Origin: Tepidanaerobacteraceae bacterium
GTDB lineage: Bacteria > Bacillota > Thermosediminibacteria > Thermosediminibacterales > Tepidanaerobacteraceae
NCBI GenBank assembly: GCA_050949725.1
Contig: JBMNGH010000007.1
Span: 4,622-68,621, forward strand
Reading direction: 5' to 3'
DNA: 64,000 nt
The notes under the pieces were generated by a model. The model was given only the letters and a program-made list of their open reading frames with translations, did no database searches and had not been told where the DNA came from. Shown piece after piece: positions 37,711-45,800 of the stretch (its first letter is position 1; every line of letters starts with the position of its first letter). Made by a program: the position numbers and the translations under genes.

Positions 37711-37739
37711 CAGTAGGCTGTACATACTACAGCCTACTG
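37711..37739 (+). other. perfect 12-bp stem-loop without U-tract between the M29-like gene and the SBP-like gene
   Basis: CAGTAGGCTGTA (37711-37722) pairs with TACAGCCTACTG (37728-37739) around a 5-nt loop. Confidence 0.8.
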
Positions 37740-37797
37740 AAATTGTCTAATAGCACAATTGTGTAAAAAATAATAAATAAACACAGGGGGCAGTTTT

Positions 37798-38415
37798 ATG
37801 AGCAAACTGGTTAAAGTCGGGGCAGATCCCTTTCCTCCTTATCAGTTTTATGATGAATCGGGAAATGTGAAAGGTTCCGATTATGACTTGGTAAAAAAAG
37901 CATTTAAATTAGCAGGCTACGACATAGAAGTAAAATTGGATGAATGGAAAAAAATAGAGGAAGACCTGATCAACAAAGTTTTCGATGCTGCCTTCCAGGT
38001 CCAACATACGCCTGAAAGAGAAAAGAAATATCACTTTTCTGACCTCTTGAGAAATGCAGTAACGGAAGTTGTAACAGGTAAGGAAGGGTTAATTCTTAAT
38101 TCATATAAGGAAATTGAAGAGAAGGGGTTGAAGATAGGTGTAATCGACAACTACACTTATGGGGACGATGTTGATTCCTTGGATCCATCTCTAAAGGTAA
38201 CTTATCCGGATCAACTTCCTCTGTTGAAGGCAATAAATGATAAGGAAGTAGATGTAGGCATATTTGACAAAGGCGTCAAAGAATATTTAATGAAAAGTGC
38301 AGGTATAACAAATATCCACTCAATTAAACCTCTGGAATTCATCAGGCCTTTGTATGTGGTCTTTAACGATCCATCACTGAGGGACGAGTTTAACAAAGGT
38401 CTTGCAAAAGTATGA
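37798..38415 (+). CDS. solute-binding-protein-like domain protein lacking a signal peptide (SBP_bac_3-like, short)
   Basis: 205 aa. It starts MSKLVKVGADPFPPYQFYDESGNVKGSDYDLVKKAFKLAGYDIEV, which is the beginning of a mature type-3 amino-acid binding protein, with no leader or lipobox. Confidence 0.6.
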   Translation: MSKLVKVGADPFPPYQFYDESGNVKGSDYDLVKKAFKLAGYDIEVKLDEWKKIEEDLINKVFDAAFQVQHTPEREKKYHFSDLLRNAVTEVVTGKEGLILNSYKEIEEKGLKIGVIDNYTYGDDVDSLDPSLKVTYPDQLPLLKAINDKEVDVGIFDKGVKEYLMKSAGITNIHSIKPLEFIRPLYVVFNDPSLRDEFNKGLAKV

Positions 38416-38426
38416 TTTTGGTGACA

Positions 38427-38483
38427 AGCCCCCTTGCATAAAAACAGTTTAGATAAAACTGTTTTACAAGGGGGCTATTTTTT
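38427..38483 (+). terminator. long intrinsic terminator after the SBP-like gene (shared with convergent thiI)
   Basis: AGCCCCCTTG (38427-36) pairs with CAAGGGGGCT (38467-76). An inner helix pairs AAAACAGTTT with AAACTGTTTT. ATTTTTT follows. Confidence 0.75.
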
Positions 38484-38499
38484 CTTTGTACTTCATTGA

Positions 38500-39660
38500 C
38501 TACGGTTTTATATCAATGGTTTGTATGTCACACAACCCTGTATGAATGAGCCTGGCTACGTCAAGGTTGCTTTCGGCATCATGAACAGACGAAAGCGCTG
38601 GCCTAGTCTTGGGGTGCTTTGGCACAAATACCGTACAACAGTCAGCATACGGCTGTATAGAAATATCATAAGTGCCTATTTTACGGGCATAATCCATTAT
38701 CTCCACCTTGTCAAAGCCGATAAGGGGTCGGAAAATGGGCATTTCTGCCACTTCATCAGTTGCCATCAATGCCTCCAGTGTCTGGCTGGCTACTTGTCCC
38801 ACGCTCTCGCCCGTCACCAGGGCCTTTGCTCCGAACGTTTGGGCCAGCCGTTGTGATATCCTAACCATCATACGGCGCATAAGTATTGTAAGAAAATCTT
38901 CAGGCCCTTTTTCCGCAAGGTTCTTCAGGACATCGGTGAAATTGACCACATGCAAACGAATACCGTTTGAATAACTTGCGAGAACCCTGCAAAGATCAAT
39001 CACCTTCTCCTTTGCCCTGTCACTCGTGAACGGGAAACTGTGAAAGTATACTGCATCAATTTCTATTCCCCTTTTCATTGTCATATAACCTGCAACAGGA
39101 CTGTCAATCCCTCCCGACAACAGCAGCATAGCCTTGCCATTTGAACCTAAAGGGAGGCCACCCGGTCCCGGGATTTTTTCAAGATATACAAAAGCCCTTT
39201 CTCTTATCTCAATCTCAAGCACAACATCGGGATTGTGAACATCCACGCTTAGACCGTCCAAATTTGAAAGTAAATGAGCTCCAATCTCTTTACTTACTTC
39301 CGGAGATTTTAATGAAAAAGATTTGTTTGGCCTGCGCGTCTCAACCTTAAAAGTTTTACCGAAATAAGCCGCACTTTTCATAATTGATAGGGCTGTTTCT
39401 TTTATAGAACTCATTTTGAGTTCACAGCTCATGGCAGGTGAAACTGATACTATGCCAAATACCTTGCTCAAGGAATCTGCTATCTCTTCAGGAATACCAC
39501 TTGCATAGCAATATATACGTCCATGCGTCTTTTTCACGATTATATTGTCGAACCGCTTAAGCGCAGCTTTTATCCTCTGTATTAGAATCCTTTCAAAAAA
39601 AGGGCGGTTTTCACCTTTTAAGGCTATTTCACCAAAGCTTACCAAAAATAGGTTTTCCAT
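38500..39660 (-). CDS. thiI: tRNA 4-thiouridine(8) synthase ThiI (no rhodanese domain)
   Basis: It has a THUMP-like N-terminus and the PP-loop LLLSGGIDSPVA. Length is 386 aa. Confidence 0.9.
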   Translation of the reverse strand: MENLFLVSFGEIALKGENRPFFERILIQRIKAALKRFDNIIVKKTHGRIYCYASGIPEEIADSLSKVFGIVSVSPAMSCELKMSSIKETALSIMKSAAYFGKTFKVETRRPNKSFSLKSPEVSKEIGAHLLSNLDGLSVDVHNPDVVLEIEIRERAFVYLEKIPGPGGLPLGSNGKAMLLLSGGIDSPVAGYMTMKRGIEIDAVYFHSFPFTSDRAKEKVIDLCRVLASYSNGIRLHVVNFTDVLKNLAEKGPEDFLTILMRRMMVRISQRLAQTFGAKALVTGESVGQVASQTLEALMATDEVAEMPIFRPLIGFDKVEIMDYARKIGTYDISIQPYADCCTVFVPKHPKTRPALSSVHDAESNLDVARLIHTGLCDIQTIDIKP

Positions 39661-39662
39661 GA

Positions 39663-40817
39663 CTACCTCCGCACAAATTTTCTAATTTCATTGACCTGTC
39701 TCTTAAGTACATCTACCGTGTAATATATGTCTTCAGTTGTAATGAATGGAGACAAGCTGAACCGCACGGCGCCTTCTATTTCTTCTGAGGTTTTCCCCAT
39801 TGCCTTTAAGACATGACTTTTACCTGATTTATGTGATGAACATGCAGAGCCTGTAGAAACGTATATGCCGTGGGATTCAAGTGCATGCAATAGTATCTCT
39901 CCTTTTACCCCGAGAAAAGATAAGTTTAATATGTGTGGCGCACCGCCTGACTCCGGCCCGTTAACAACAATATCATCAATTTCATCCTGGACTCCTGAGA
40001 GCAATAAGGCCTTTAGTTCCTTCATGTGCCTGCCCCAATTGTCTAAATTGTTGTAAGCCTCCTCAACCGCAACCCGAAATCCTGCTATTCCAGGTATATT
40101 TTCAGTCCCCGATCTAATTCCGAATTCCTGGCCACCACCGTCAAACAGCGGTCTGAGCTTAACCCCGTCTTTTACAAATACGGCGCCCACACCCATTGGG
40201 CCATATATCTTATGGCTGCTTACAGAAAGAAGATCAATCCCCTTTATACCGGGAATAAGTCGAATCTTGCCAAAGGCCTGGACTGCATCAACATGAAATA
40301 ATGTGCCGGCATTTTTTTTGATAATATTAGAAGCCCTTTCAATATCCTGGATAGACCCTACCTCGTTGTTGACATACATCATGCTCACTAAAACTGTATC
40401 AGACGTCAAAGAACTGTCAAGTTCATCAATGTCAACATGACCTTGATTATTCACACTGAGATATGTGACAGAGAAGCCTTCTTTCTCGAGCTGTTTAAAT
40501 ACTTCTAATACGGAAGGGTGTTCTACTGCTGTTGTAATTATGTGTGCATCCCTGGTATTTAAAGCACGTAGCACACCTTTTATTGCAAGGTTATTAGACT
40601 CTGTCCCGCCAGAAGTAAAGTAAATTTGGTCAGTTCTCACACCCATTGCAGTTGAGACAGCTCTCCTAGCCTCCTTTAGATATTTCTCAGCTACAATGCC
40701 CATTTCGTGTAGAGAAGATGGATTGCCGTAATGGTTTACCATGGCTTCGAAGACAGCCTCGGCTGCTTTGGGAGAAACACGGGTTGTAGAGCTGTTGTCC
40801 AAATATACTTTTTTCAA
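39663..40817 (-). CDS. cysteine desulfurase (NifS/IscS class), partner of ThiI
   Basis: It has the PLP-lysine motif SVSSHKIYGP, the active-site loop SGSACSS and an N-terminus YLDNSSTT. Its stop lies 2 nt before the thiI start. Confidence 0.9.
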   Translation of the reverse strand: MKKVYLDNSSTTRVSPKAAEAVFEAMVNHYGNPSSLHEMGIVAEKYLKEARRAVSTAMGVRTDQIYFTSGGTESNNLAIKGVLRALNTRDAHIITTAVEHPSVLEVFKQLEKEGFSVTYLSVNNQGHVDIDELDSSLTSDTVLVSMMYVNNEVGSIQDIERASNIIKKNAGTLFHVDAVQAFGKIRLIPGIKGIDLLSVSSHKIYGPMGVGAVFVKDGVKLRPLFDGGGQEFGIRSGTENIPGIAGFRVAVEEAYNNLDNWGRHMKELKALLLSGVQDEIDDIVVNGPESGGAPHILNLSFLGVKGEILLHALESHGIYVSTGSACSSHKSGKSHVLKAMGKTSEEIEGAVRFSLSPFITTEDIYYTVDVLKRQVNEIRKFVRR

Positions 40818-40842
40818 AATATATCACCTGCTATAAAATTTT

Positions 40843-41196
40843 CTATTTTAACAATTTATCCGGAAAAATTTCTGATTGATTTTTCGTGACCTCATTGATC
40901 AATGCGTCAACTTGACAAATAATATCACCGTACATTTTAACGAGTTTTTCACCTTCAGATGTAAGGGTCGCACCTCCGCCATCTTCTCCTCCTATACGTC
41001 TTTCTAATAATTGTACCTTTAAACGCCCTTCTGTCCGCTTTATCTTTCCCCAAGCCTGTCGGTATGACATCTTCTCTTTTGCCGCTGCCTGGTTTATTGA
41101 ACCGTATTTGTTGATCAAAACCAAGAGTCTGTAAATACCATCACCAAATATTTGTTCACCTTGTTCTTCAAGCCATATTTTGTATTTGAGCTCCAT
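40843..41196 (-). CDS. ModE-N-terminal-like winged-helix DNA-binding protein
   Basis: 117 aa. The motifs GSINQAAAKEKMSYRQAWGKIKRTE and ATLTSEGEKL resemble the ModE/LysR-type HTH module without Mop domains. Confidence 0.6.
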   Translation of the reverse strand: MELKYKIWLEEQGEQIFGDGIYRLLVLINKYGSINQAAAKEKMSYRQAWGKIKRTEGRLKVQLLERRIGGEDGGGATLTSEGEKLVKMYGDIICQVDALINEVTKNQSEIFPDKLLK

Positions 41197-41382
41197 GCTT
41201 TTCCCCTCTTTTGAAAAATAGGAATAATATTCTCCACAATTATTATATCATAATACCCTATAATGTCATTTTTTAAGCTTTTTTAGCACACATTTTTAAT
41301 ATTATTTGATTGGTATTTAATTACAGTAGCATAGCAAGCCAACTATTAGGATAACATAAAAAGAGAAGGTCTTAAGAAGGAG

Positions 41383-41601
41383 GTGAAGAACTTGCAACTA
41401 ACCCAAAAAGAGAAGTTTTATCTTCAGGATGCCCTAAGTCATGAACACATTTGTGTTATTAAGTACAACAATTATGCAAACCAGGTTCAGGACATGGAAC
41501 TTGCTAACATGTTCAGAAACTTAGCAACAAGAGAACAGCAGCACATTGACACAATAACAAGTTTACTACAACAGGGCGGTGTAAATACTACTGGCCAATA
41601 A
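41383..41601 (+). CDS. CotF-like spore coat protein (ferritin-like four-helix family), first of a pair
   Basis: The motifs DALSHEHICVIKYNNYANQ and REQQHIDTI fit the coat-F domain. The TTG at 41392, 6 nt after AAGGAGGTG, is a probable start. Confidence 0.7.
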   Translation: MKNLQLTQKEKFYLQDALSHEHICVIKYNNYANQVQDMELANMFRNLATREQQHIDTITSLLQQGGVNTTGQ

Positions 41602-41624
41602 GTTAGTTAAAAGGAGGAATTTAA

Positions 41625-41849
41625 ATGTCTATAAGCCGAAACCGAACTAAGACAGCTGCTGACAAAGATTTACTAAACGACATGCTCATGACTGAGAAAT
41701 ACGTGTCAGGAACTTACGAAACAGCAATAATGGAGTCAAGTAATGAGAGTGTTAGAAATGCACTCCGCCATATTCAAGACGAAGAACAACAGCATGCCAA
41801 AATGATTTTCGACGCCATGAATCAAAGAGGCTGGTATACGCCACAGTAA
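41625..41849 (+). CDS. CotF-like spore coat protein, second of a pair
   Basis: The sequence reads DLLNDMLMTEKYVSGTYETAIMESSNESVRNALRHIQDEEQQH. The RBS is AAAGGAGGA. Confidence 0.7.
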   Translation: MSISRNRTKTAADKDLLNDMLMTEKYVSGTYETAIMESSNESVRNALRHIQDEEQQHAKMIFDAMNQRGWYTPQ

Positions 41850-41886
41850 TCTCATACATTTATGCATCCTAATCAGAACATACAAC

Positions 41887-41924
41887 ACACCCAAATGACG
41901 ACGGTTATTTGGGTGTCGGTTTTA
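41887..41924 (+). terminator. terminator-like hairpin after the CotF pair
   Basis: ACACCCAAAT (41887-96) pairs with ATTTGGGTGT (41907-16), followed by CGGTTTT. The U-tract is short. Confidence 0.45.
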
Positions 41925-42935
41925 CTTTAACCGTCTTATAGCCCATTGAACGTGTTCTCTAACTGTTTCTGATGGGTCTCTTAGCATACTTTCCAAAAAA
42001 GGAATAGCATCTGATGATGTGTTTGCAAGAGCACACACCGCATTTCTCCTTATCGTATTTCTTCCCCTCCAACCGGCAGCCGTTTTTCCAAAAGACTTAA
42101 TATATTCATTTTTACTTATTTTAGCCACCTTGTACAGGTTTGTATCAATCCCGTCTTTTACTACAAACTCTAAATGGTTAGGTATTCGTACATGTGTATT
42201 GTGGGGGCATACTTCTTGGCAGGTGTCACAACCAAAAATTCTATCCCCAAGAATTGTCCTATATTCTTTAGGGATCGAGCCTTTCATCTGGGTAATATAT
42301 GAAAGGCACTTGTAGGGATTTATCTGATAAGGAGCAAAAAGCGCACCTGTAGGGCACGCCCTGATACAGCGGCCACAATTATCACACTGAGTCTCAAGAG
42401 GTTCATCAGGATCAATTTGTATATCTGTCAATATTTCACCCAAAAATACCCATGAGCCTAATTCAGGAACAAATAAACACGTGTTCTGACCCAGCCACCC
42501 TATCCCAGCTCTCTTTGCGGCGGCCCTTTCGATGAGACTTCCGGAATCAACTAAGACTTCAAACTTACCATTTTGTCTTTTGGATATAAAATCGACAATC
42601 TCATTGAGCTTCCTTCGTATTAGGTGATGATAATCATATACCTGCGCATATTTGGATAGTCTTCCACAGTCATCTTTTTGAGTGATTAGCTCCCGATCAC
42701 TTTGTAATGTTAAATACCCAATAGCAACACATATTATGGTCCTTACACCAGAAAGTATTTGATCTGGACAACATCTCCTGTCTATGTGGTAGTCTTCAAA
42801 AGGTGATAGTAATCCTTGAGATTTTCGCCTTTTAAGTATGCGATTCTCTTCGAAAAAAGGTTCAGCATTGGCAAAACCAACCCTGTCAAATCCGATATCA
42901 TGTGCAAATCTTCTTATCTCCGCCTTCAAGTTCAT
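41922..42935 (-). CDS. queG: tRNA epoxyqueuosine(34) reductase
   Basis: It has two 4Fe-4S ferredoxin motifs (CDNCGRCIRACP and CDTCQEVCP), a QueG-type N-terminal domain and a C-terminal HEAT-like repeat. Confidence 0.9.
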   Translation of the reverse strand: MNLKAEIRRFAHDIGFDRVGFANAEPFFEENRILKRRKSQGLLSPFEDYHIDRRCCPDQILSGVRTIICVAIGYLTLQSDRELITQKDDCGRLSKYAQVYDYHHLIRRKLNEIVDFISKRQNGKFEVLVDSGSLIERAAAKRAGIGWLGQNTCLFVPELGSWVFLGEILTDIQIDPDEPLETQCDNCGRCIRACPTGALFAPYQINPYKCLSYITQMKGSIPKEYRTILGDRIFGCDTCQEVCPHNTHVRIPNHLEFVVKDGIDTNLYKVAKISKNEYIKSFGKTAAGWRGRNTIRRNAVCALANTSSDAIPFLESMLRDPSETVREHVQWAIRRLK

Positions 42936-42963
42936 AGCTATAACACCATCTTATCTGTGAAGT

Positions 42964-43027
42964 AAGAACCCCACCCGGCAACGCAATCAAAGACTCCTGC
43001 CGGGTCCCGGGAACCTTGTTGTTGCAC
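42964..43027 (+). repeat. dispersed hairpin repeat, copy 5
   Basis: The sequence is AAGAACCCCACCCGGCAACGCAATCAAAGACTCCTGCCGGGTCCCGGGAACCTTGTTGTTGCAC. The outer helix is CCCGGC/GCCGGG and the inner helix is partly degraded. It lies 28 nt upstream of the queG start codon. Confidence 0.9.
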
Positions 43028-43055
43028 ACAAGTATTTTTTATTCTCGAGAAAGGT

Positions 43056-43583
43056 TTATAATATGCTGCAGCCAAGGGTATTCTGAGCTTCTTTTAAAGC
43101 AAAATCATGTACCGTTCTATCGAATGATGCTACTCCATCTTTATAGATATTTACTTTGTAGCCCAGGTTTCTGGCATCTGCTGCCGTGTAAAGCACACAA
43201 ATGTTCGTACAAACTCCTACGATGGAAATCTCATCTATCGACTTTTCCCTTAAAAAGATGTCTAAGTCAGTGCCAAAAAAAACGCTGTACCGGCGTTTGT
43301 AAATTACTTTATCCTCGTCTGCCACATCTATTTGATCGATTATTTGACTACCCCAACTGCCCGCTATACAGTGGGGATTGAACATATCAAATTCTTTGTC
43401 GTCTTTTTCATGATTATCACATATAAATATGATCGGAAAATTGTTACTTCTATATTCATTAATTTTCTTATTGACATAAGGAATGATCTCTTCACCCTGC
43501 CGTCCTATATACAGTGCTCCGTCTTTATCGATAAAATCGCGGAGCATGTCTATTACCATCAAAGCCTTCAAATAATTCACCAC
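43056..43583 (-). CDS. isochorismatase-family cysteine hydrolase (nicotinamidase-like)
   Basis: The motifs ALMVIDMLRDF, a K residue and the catalytic cysteine in VGVCTNICV match the family. Length is 175 aa. Confidence 0.8.
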   Translation of the reverse strand: MVNYLKALMVIDMLRDFIDKDGALYIGRQGEEIIPYVNKKINEYRSNNFPIIFICDNHEKDDKEFDMFNPHCIAGSWGSQIIDQIDVADEDKVIYKRRYSVFFGTDLDIFLREKSIDEISIVGVCTNICVLYTAADARNLGYKVNIYKDGVASFDRTVHDFALKEAQNTLGCSIL

Positions 43584-43652
43584 CTGCTTTTGATTTGTCC
43601 AACTATTTCAAAAAAATTCTATGTACAACTTACTTCTAATTGTATCTAGTTT

Positions 43653-44165
43653 TTACTCATATCGTTCATAACAGACTATCTCTTCAAGCTTCTTTCTCGG
43701 TTTTTGCGGGGGATCCTCAGCTGGGTATCCTAAAGGGGTCATCGTTACTACCCGCACCTTATCAGGAATCATCAGGATTTCCTTAACCTTGTTCTCATCA
43801 AAATTTCCAAGCCAGCATGTACCCAGTCCTTGCTCATACGCCTCAAGGATCATGTATGCAGTAGCTATTGATAAGTCTATAGTGTAACGATATTGTCCAC
43901 ACTTCATAACCCCTTCAGGTTCTATTCCACATGATACTAATACAACCGGAGCCTCAGCCACAAATGAATAGTTGAAGGTAGCCTCTGCAAGCTTTTTCCT
44001 AGTTTCTGGATTTTTAACAACAATAAACTTCCAGTTCTGCAGGTTTTGGGCTGATGGTGATAGCCTTGCAGCTTCTAAAACCTTAAACAGTTTTACATCT
44101 TCTACCTGTCTATTACTGTACTTTCTAATACTCCTTCTACCTTTGATTGCTGATAAAATGTCCAT
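43653..44165 (-). CDS. nitroreductase-family protein (second copy in the window)
   Basis: The motifs are GRRSIRKY, SPSAQNLQNW and GLGTCWLG. The ATG at 44165 follows GGAGGGA. Confidence 0.8.
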   Translation of the reverse strand: MDILSAIKGRRSIRKYSNRQVEDVKLFKVLEAARLSPSAQNLQNWKFIVVKNPETRKKLAEATFNYSFVAEAPVVLVSCGIEPEGVMKCGQYRYTIDLSIATAYMILEAYEQGLGTCWLGNFDENKVKEILMIPDKVRVVTMTPLGYPAEDPPQKPRKKLEEIVCYERYE

Positions 44166-44326
44166 CGGACATCCCTCCAATTGTCAATAATATAATGTTT
44201 ATAAAATTATAACAAATATTGTTAGAATAACAAAATCTTAATTGACCTCATCTGCAAACGCCCCTATGTTAACAAGACCACATGTTTACTTTAAAACCAT
44301 CGTTTTGGCAACATCCCGAAAAAAAC

Positions 44327-44362
44327 AAAACCGCCTAATTACAATCAGACGGTTTTTAAAAA
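44327..44362 (-). terminator. terminator closing the tRNA-Leu(GAG) transcription unit (bidirectional shape)
   Basis: AAAACCGCCT (44327-36) pairs with AGACGGTTTT (44347-56) with one mismatch. A-runs and T-runs flank it on both sides. Confidence 0.6.
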
Positions 44363-44429
44363 TATTTGATACGTTTAATACTTACTATGTTCTTAGAAGC
44401 TAAGTCACATACTTTTAAAATCCAAAATA

Positions 44430-44590
44430 CCGCTATCTCCAAATTTTGACTACCTACCTCTCGATAGGTGGGTGTTCTCAACCGTGCTTCTATCGCTTTA
44501 CTGGGCATATGGCCCTCCTGAAAGTACATATCTACACAGCATGTGTGAACTCCCGTATTTATTTTGTAGGTTCAAAATAGGAGATTGGCA
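44430..44590 (-). ncRNA. candidate structured RNA, rod-shaped with an internal bubble (6S-RNA-like)
   Basis: No credible ORF covers this stretch. On the minus strand the 5' segment CAAUCUCC-U-AUUUUGA-ACCUAC pairs with the 3' segment GUAGGU-AG-UCAAAAU-UU-GGAGAUAG. Further in, GGGAGUUCAC pairs with GAGAACACCC, CAUGCU with AGCACG and CUUU with AAAG. The apex is a GGGC-CAUAU-GCCC hairpin (44503-44515). Confidence 0.35.
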
Positions 44591-44617
44591 AATATTCCAG
44601 ACAATTTCAGACGATTA

Positions 44618-44702
44618 TGGTGCGGGCGGTGGGACTTGAACCCACACGTCTGTTGACATACGCCCCTCAAACGTACCTGTCTGCCTGTTCCAGCACGCCC
44701 GC
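44618..44702 (-). tRNA. tRNA-Leu (anticodon GAG), CCA encoded
   Basis: The minus strand reads GCGGGCG-UG-CUG-GAACAGGCAGA-CAG-G-UACGU-UUGAGGG-GCGUA-long variable arm (GUC AACA GAC)-GUGGG-UUCAAGU-CCCAC-CGCCCGC-ACCA. This is a class II cloverleaf. Confidence 0.95.
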
Positions 44703-44839
44703 TTAATTAGACTTACCTAATCCTTGGATAGCTTTTACATAAAATGCTTTACCGCAACTCGCTATCCTCTTATGCGTGACATTTATTATTATATATACTA
44801 ATTTGCTCTATGTCAATACACCCGAAACCAAGTCAAAAG

Positions 44840-45637
44840 CTATACCTGAGTTCTGCATATATCTGAATATAACTCTGGAATTCTATAATTTAGCCAAGGT
44901 ATCTCCTTTCTTCTCTGTACAATACTTTTCTTAATTAATTTATCTACAAGCATTCCCTGTTCGTTATTGAATTGCTTGTTAATGTTTCCGCTAGGATCGA
45001 CAATCATAGAATAACCGCAGTAATTTGAATAAAGACCTTTTCCTGTTCTATTCACACCTACAACATATAGCTGATTTTCGGCTGCCCGTGCCCTTAACAT
45101 TAAAGTCCAAAGATCCTCATAAGGTGCAGCCCATGCACTGGGGAAGATTATAATTTCCGCATTTTTCAGTGCAAAAATTCTACTTACTTCTGGGAAGCCG
45201 ACATCCGCACAAAGAGAAATGCCTATTTTCCATCCTTTGTAATCAATTACTTGAAAATCACGGCCTGTTTCAAAGAATAGTCTTTCTTGATCCCATAAGT
45301 GAATTTTATTATGAATACAAATCAATTTTCCGTTTTCATCCCAGAGAGCTGCTGAATCATAAAATCTCCCCTTAAGATAATTAGATATTCCTGCAACTAT
45401 GGCAACATTGTATTTCTTGGACAGCTGTGAAAAAAAGCTTTTTGTTATTTCATTCGTGTCTTTTTCTTTTATCACGTCAAATTCATATCCCGTTAGCGAT
45501 AATTCCGGAAAACAGACCATATCAACATCGGATAAGTTATTTTGTTCAATAAACTTCTCAATAATGTTTTTATTTTTCTCAATGTCTCCGTCAAATAATT
45601 CTATTTGACCTAAAGCAATATTTAACGTTTCTCTCAC
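44840..45637 (-). CDS. carbon-nitrogen hydrolase (nitrilase superfamily amidase)
   Basis: The E-K-C triad context is present: VCFPELSLTGY, HNKIHLW and ISLCADVGFPE. Length is 265 aa. Confidence 0.85.
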   Translation of the reverse strand: MRETLNIALGQIELFDGDIEKNKNIIEKFIEQNNLSDVDMVCFPELSLTGYEFDVIKEKDTNEITKSFFSQLSKKYNVAIVAGISNYLKGRFYDSAALWDENGKLICIHNKIHLWDQERLFFETGRDFQVIDYKGWKIGISLCADVGFPEVSRIFALKNAEIIIFPSAWAAPYEDLWTLMLRARAAENQLYVVGVNRTGKGLYSNYCGYSMIVDPSGNINKQFNNEQGMLVDKLIKKSIVQRRKEIPWLNYRIPELYSDICRTQV

Positions 45638-45800
45638 AAACTCCCCTCCTACCAGTCTAAATATTTATTTTATTTAGGAGACGCCGGAGATAAAATAGTA
45701 ACAATTAAACAGATACACTAATCAGTATTAAGCGCACGGGAGATATAGGTGTGCTAGTCATGAACAAAGCATTCAATATTATTACCCCATTGGATTAAAC

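Noticed and set aside
39158-39173. CCACCCGGTCCCGGGA inside thiI resembles the repeat with its hairpin excised.
   Set aside because: It lies in frame within conserved ThiI coding sequence (the ...PGPGGLP... motif on the minus strand) and lacks the AAGAACCCC and AACCTTGTT flanks. It is most likely a coincidence driven by Pro/Gly codons.
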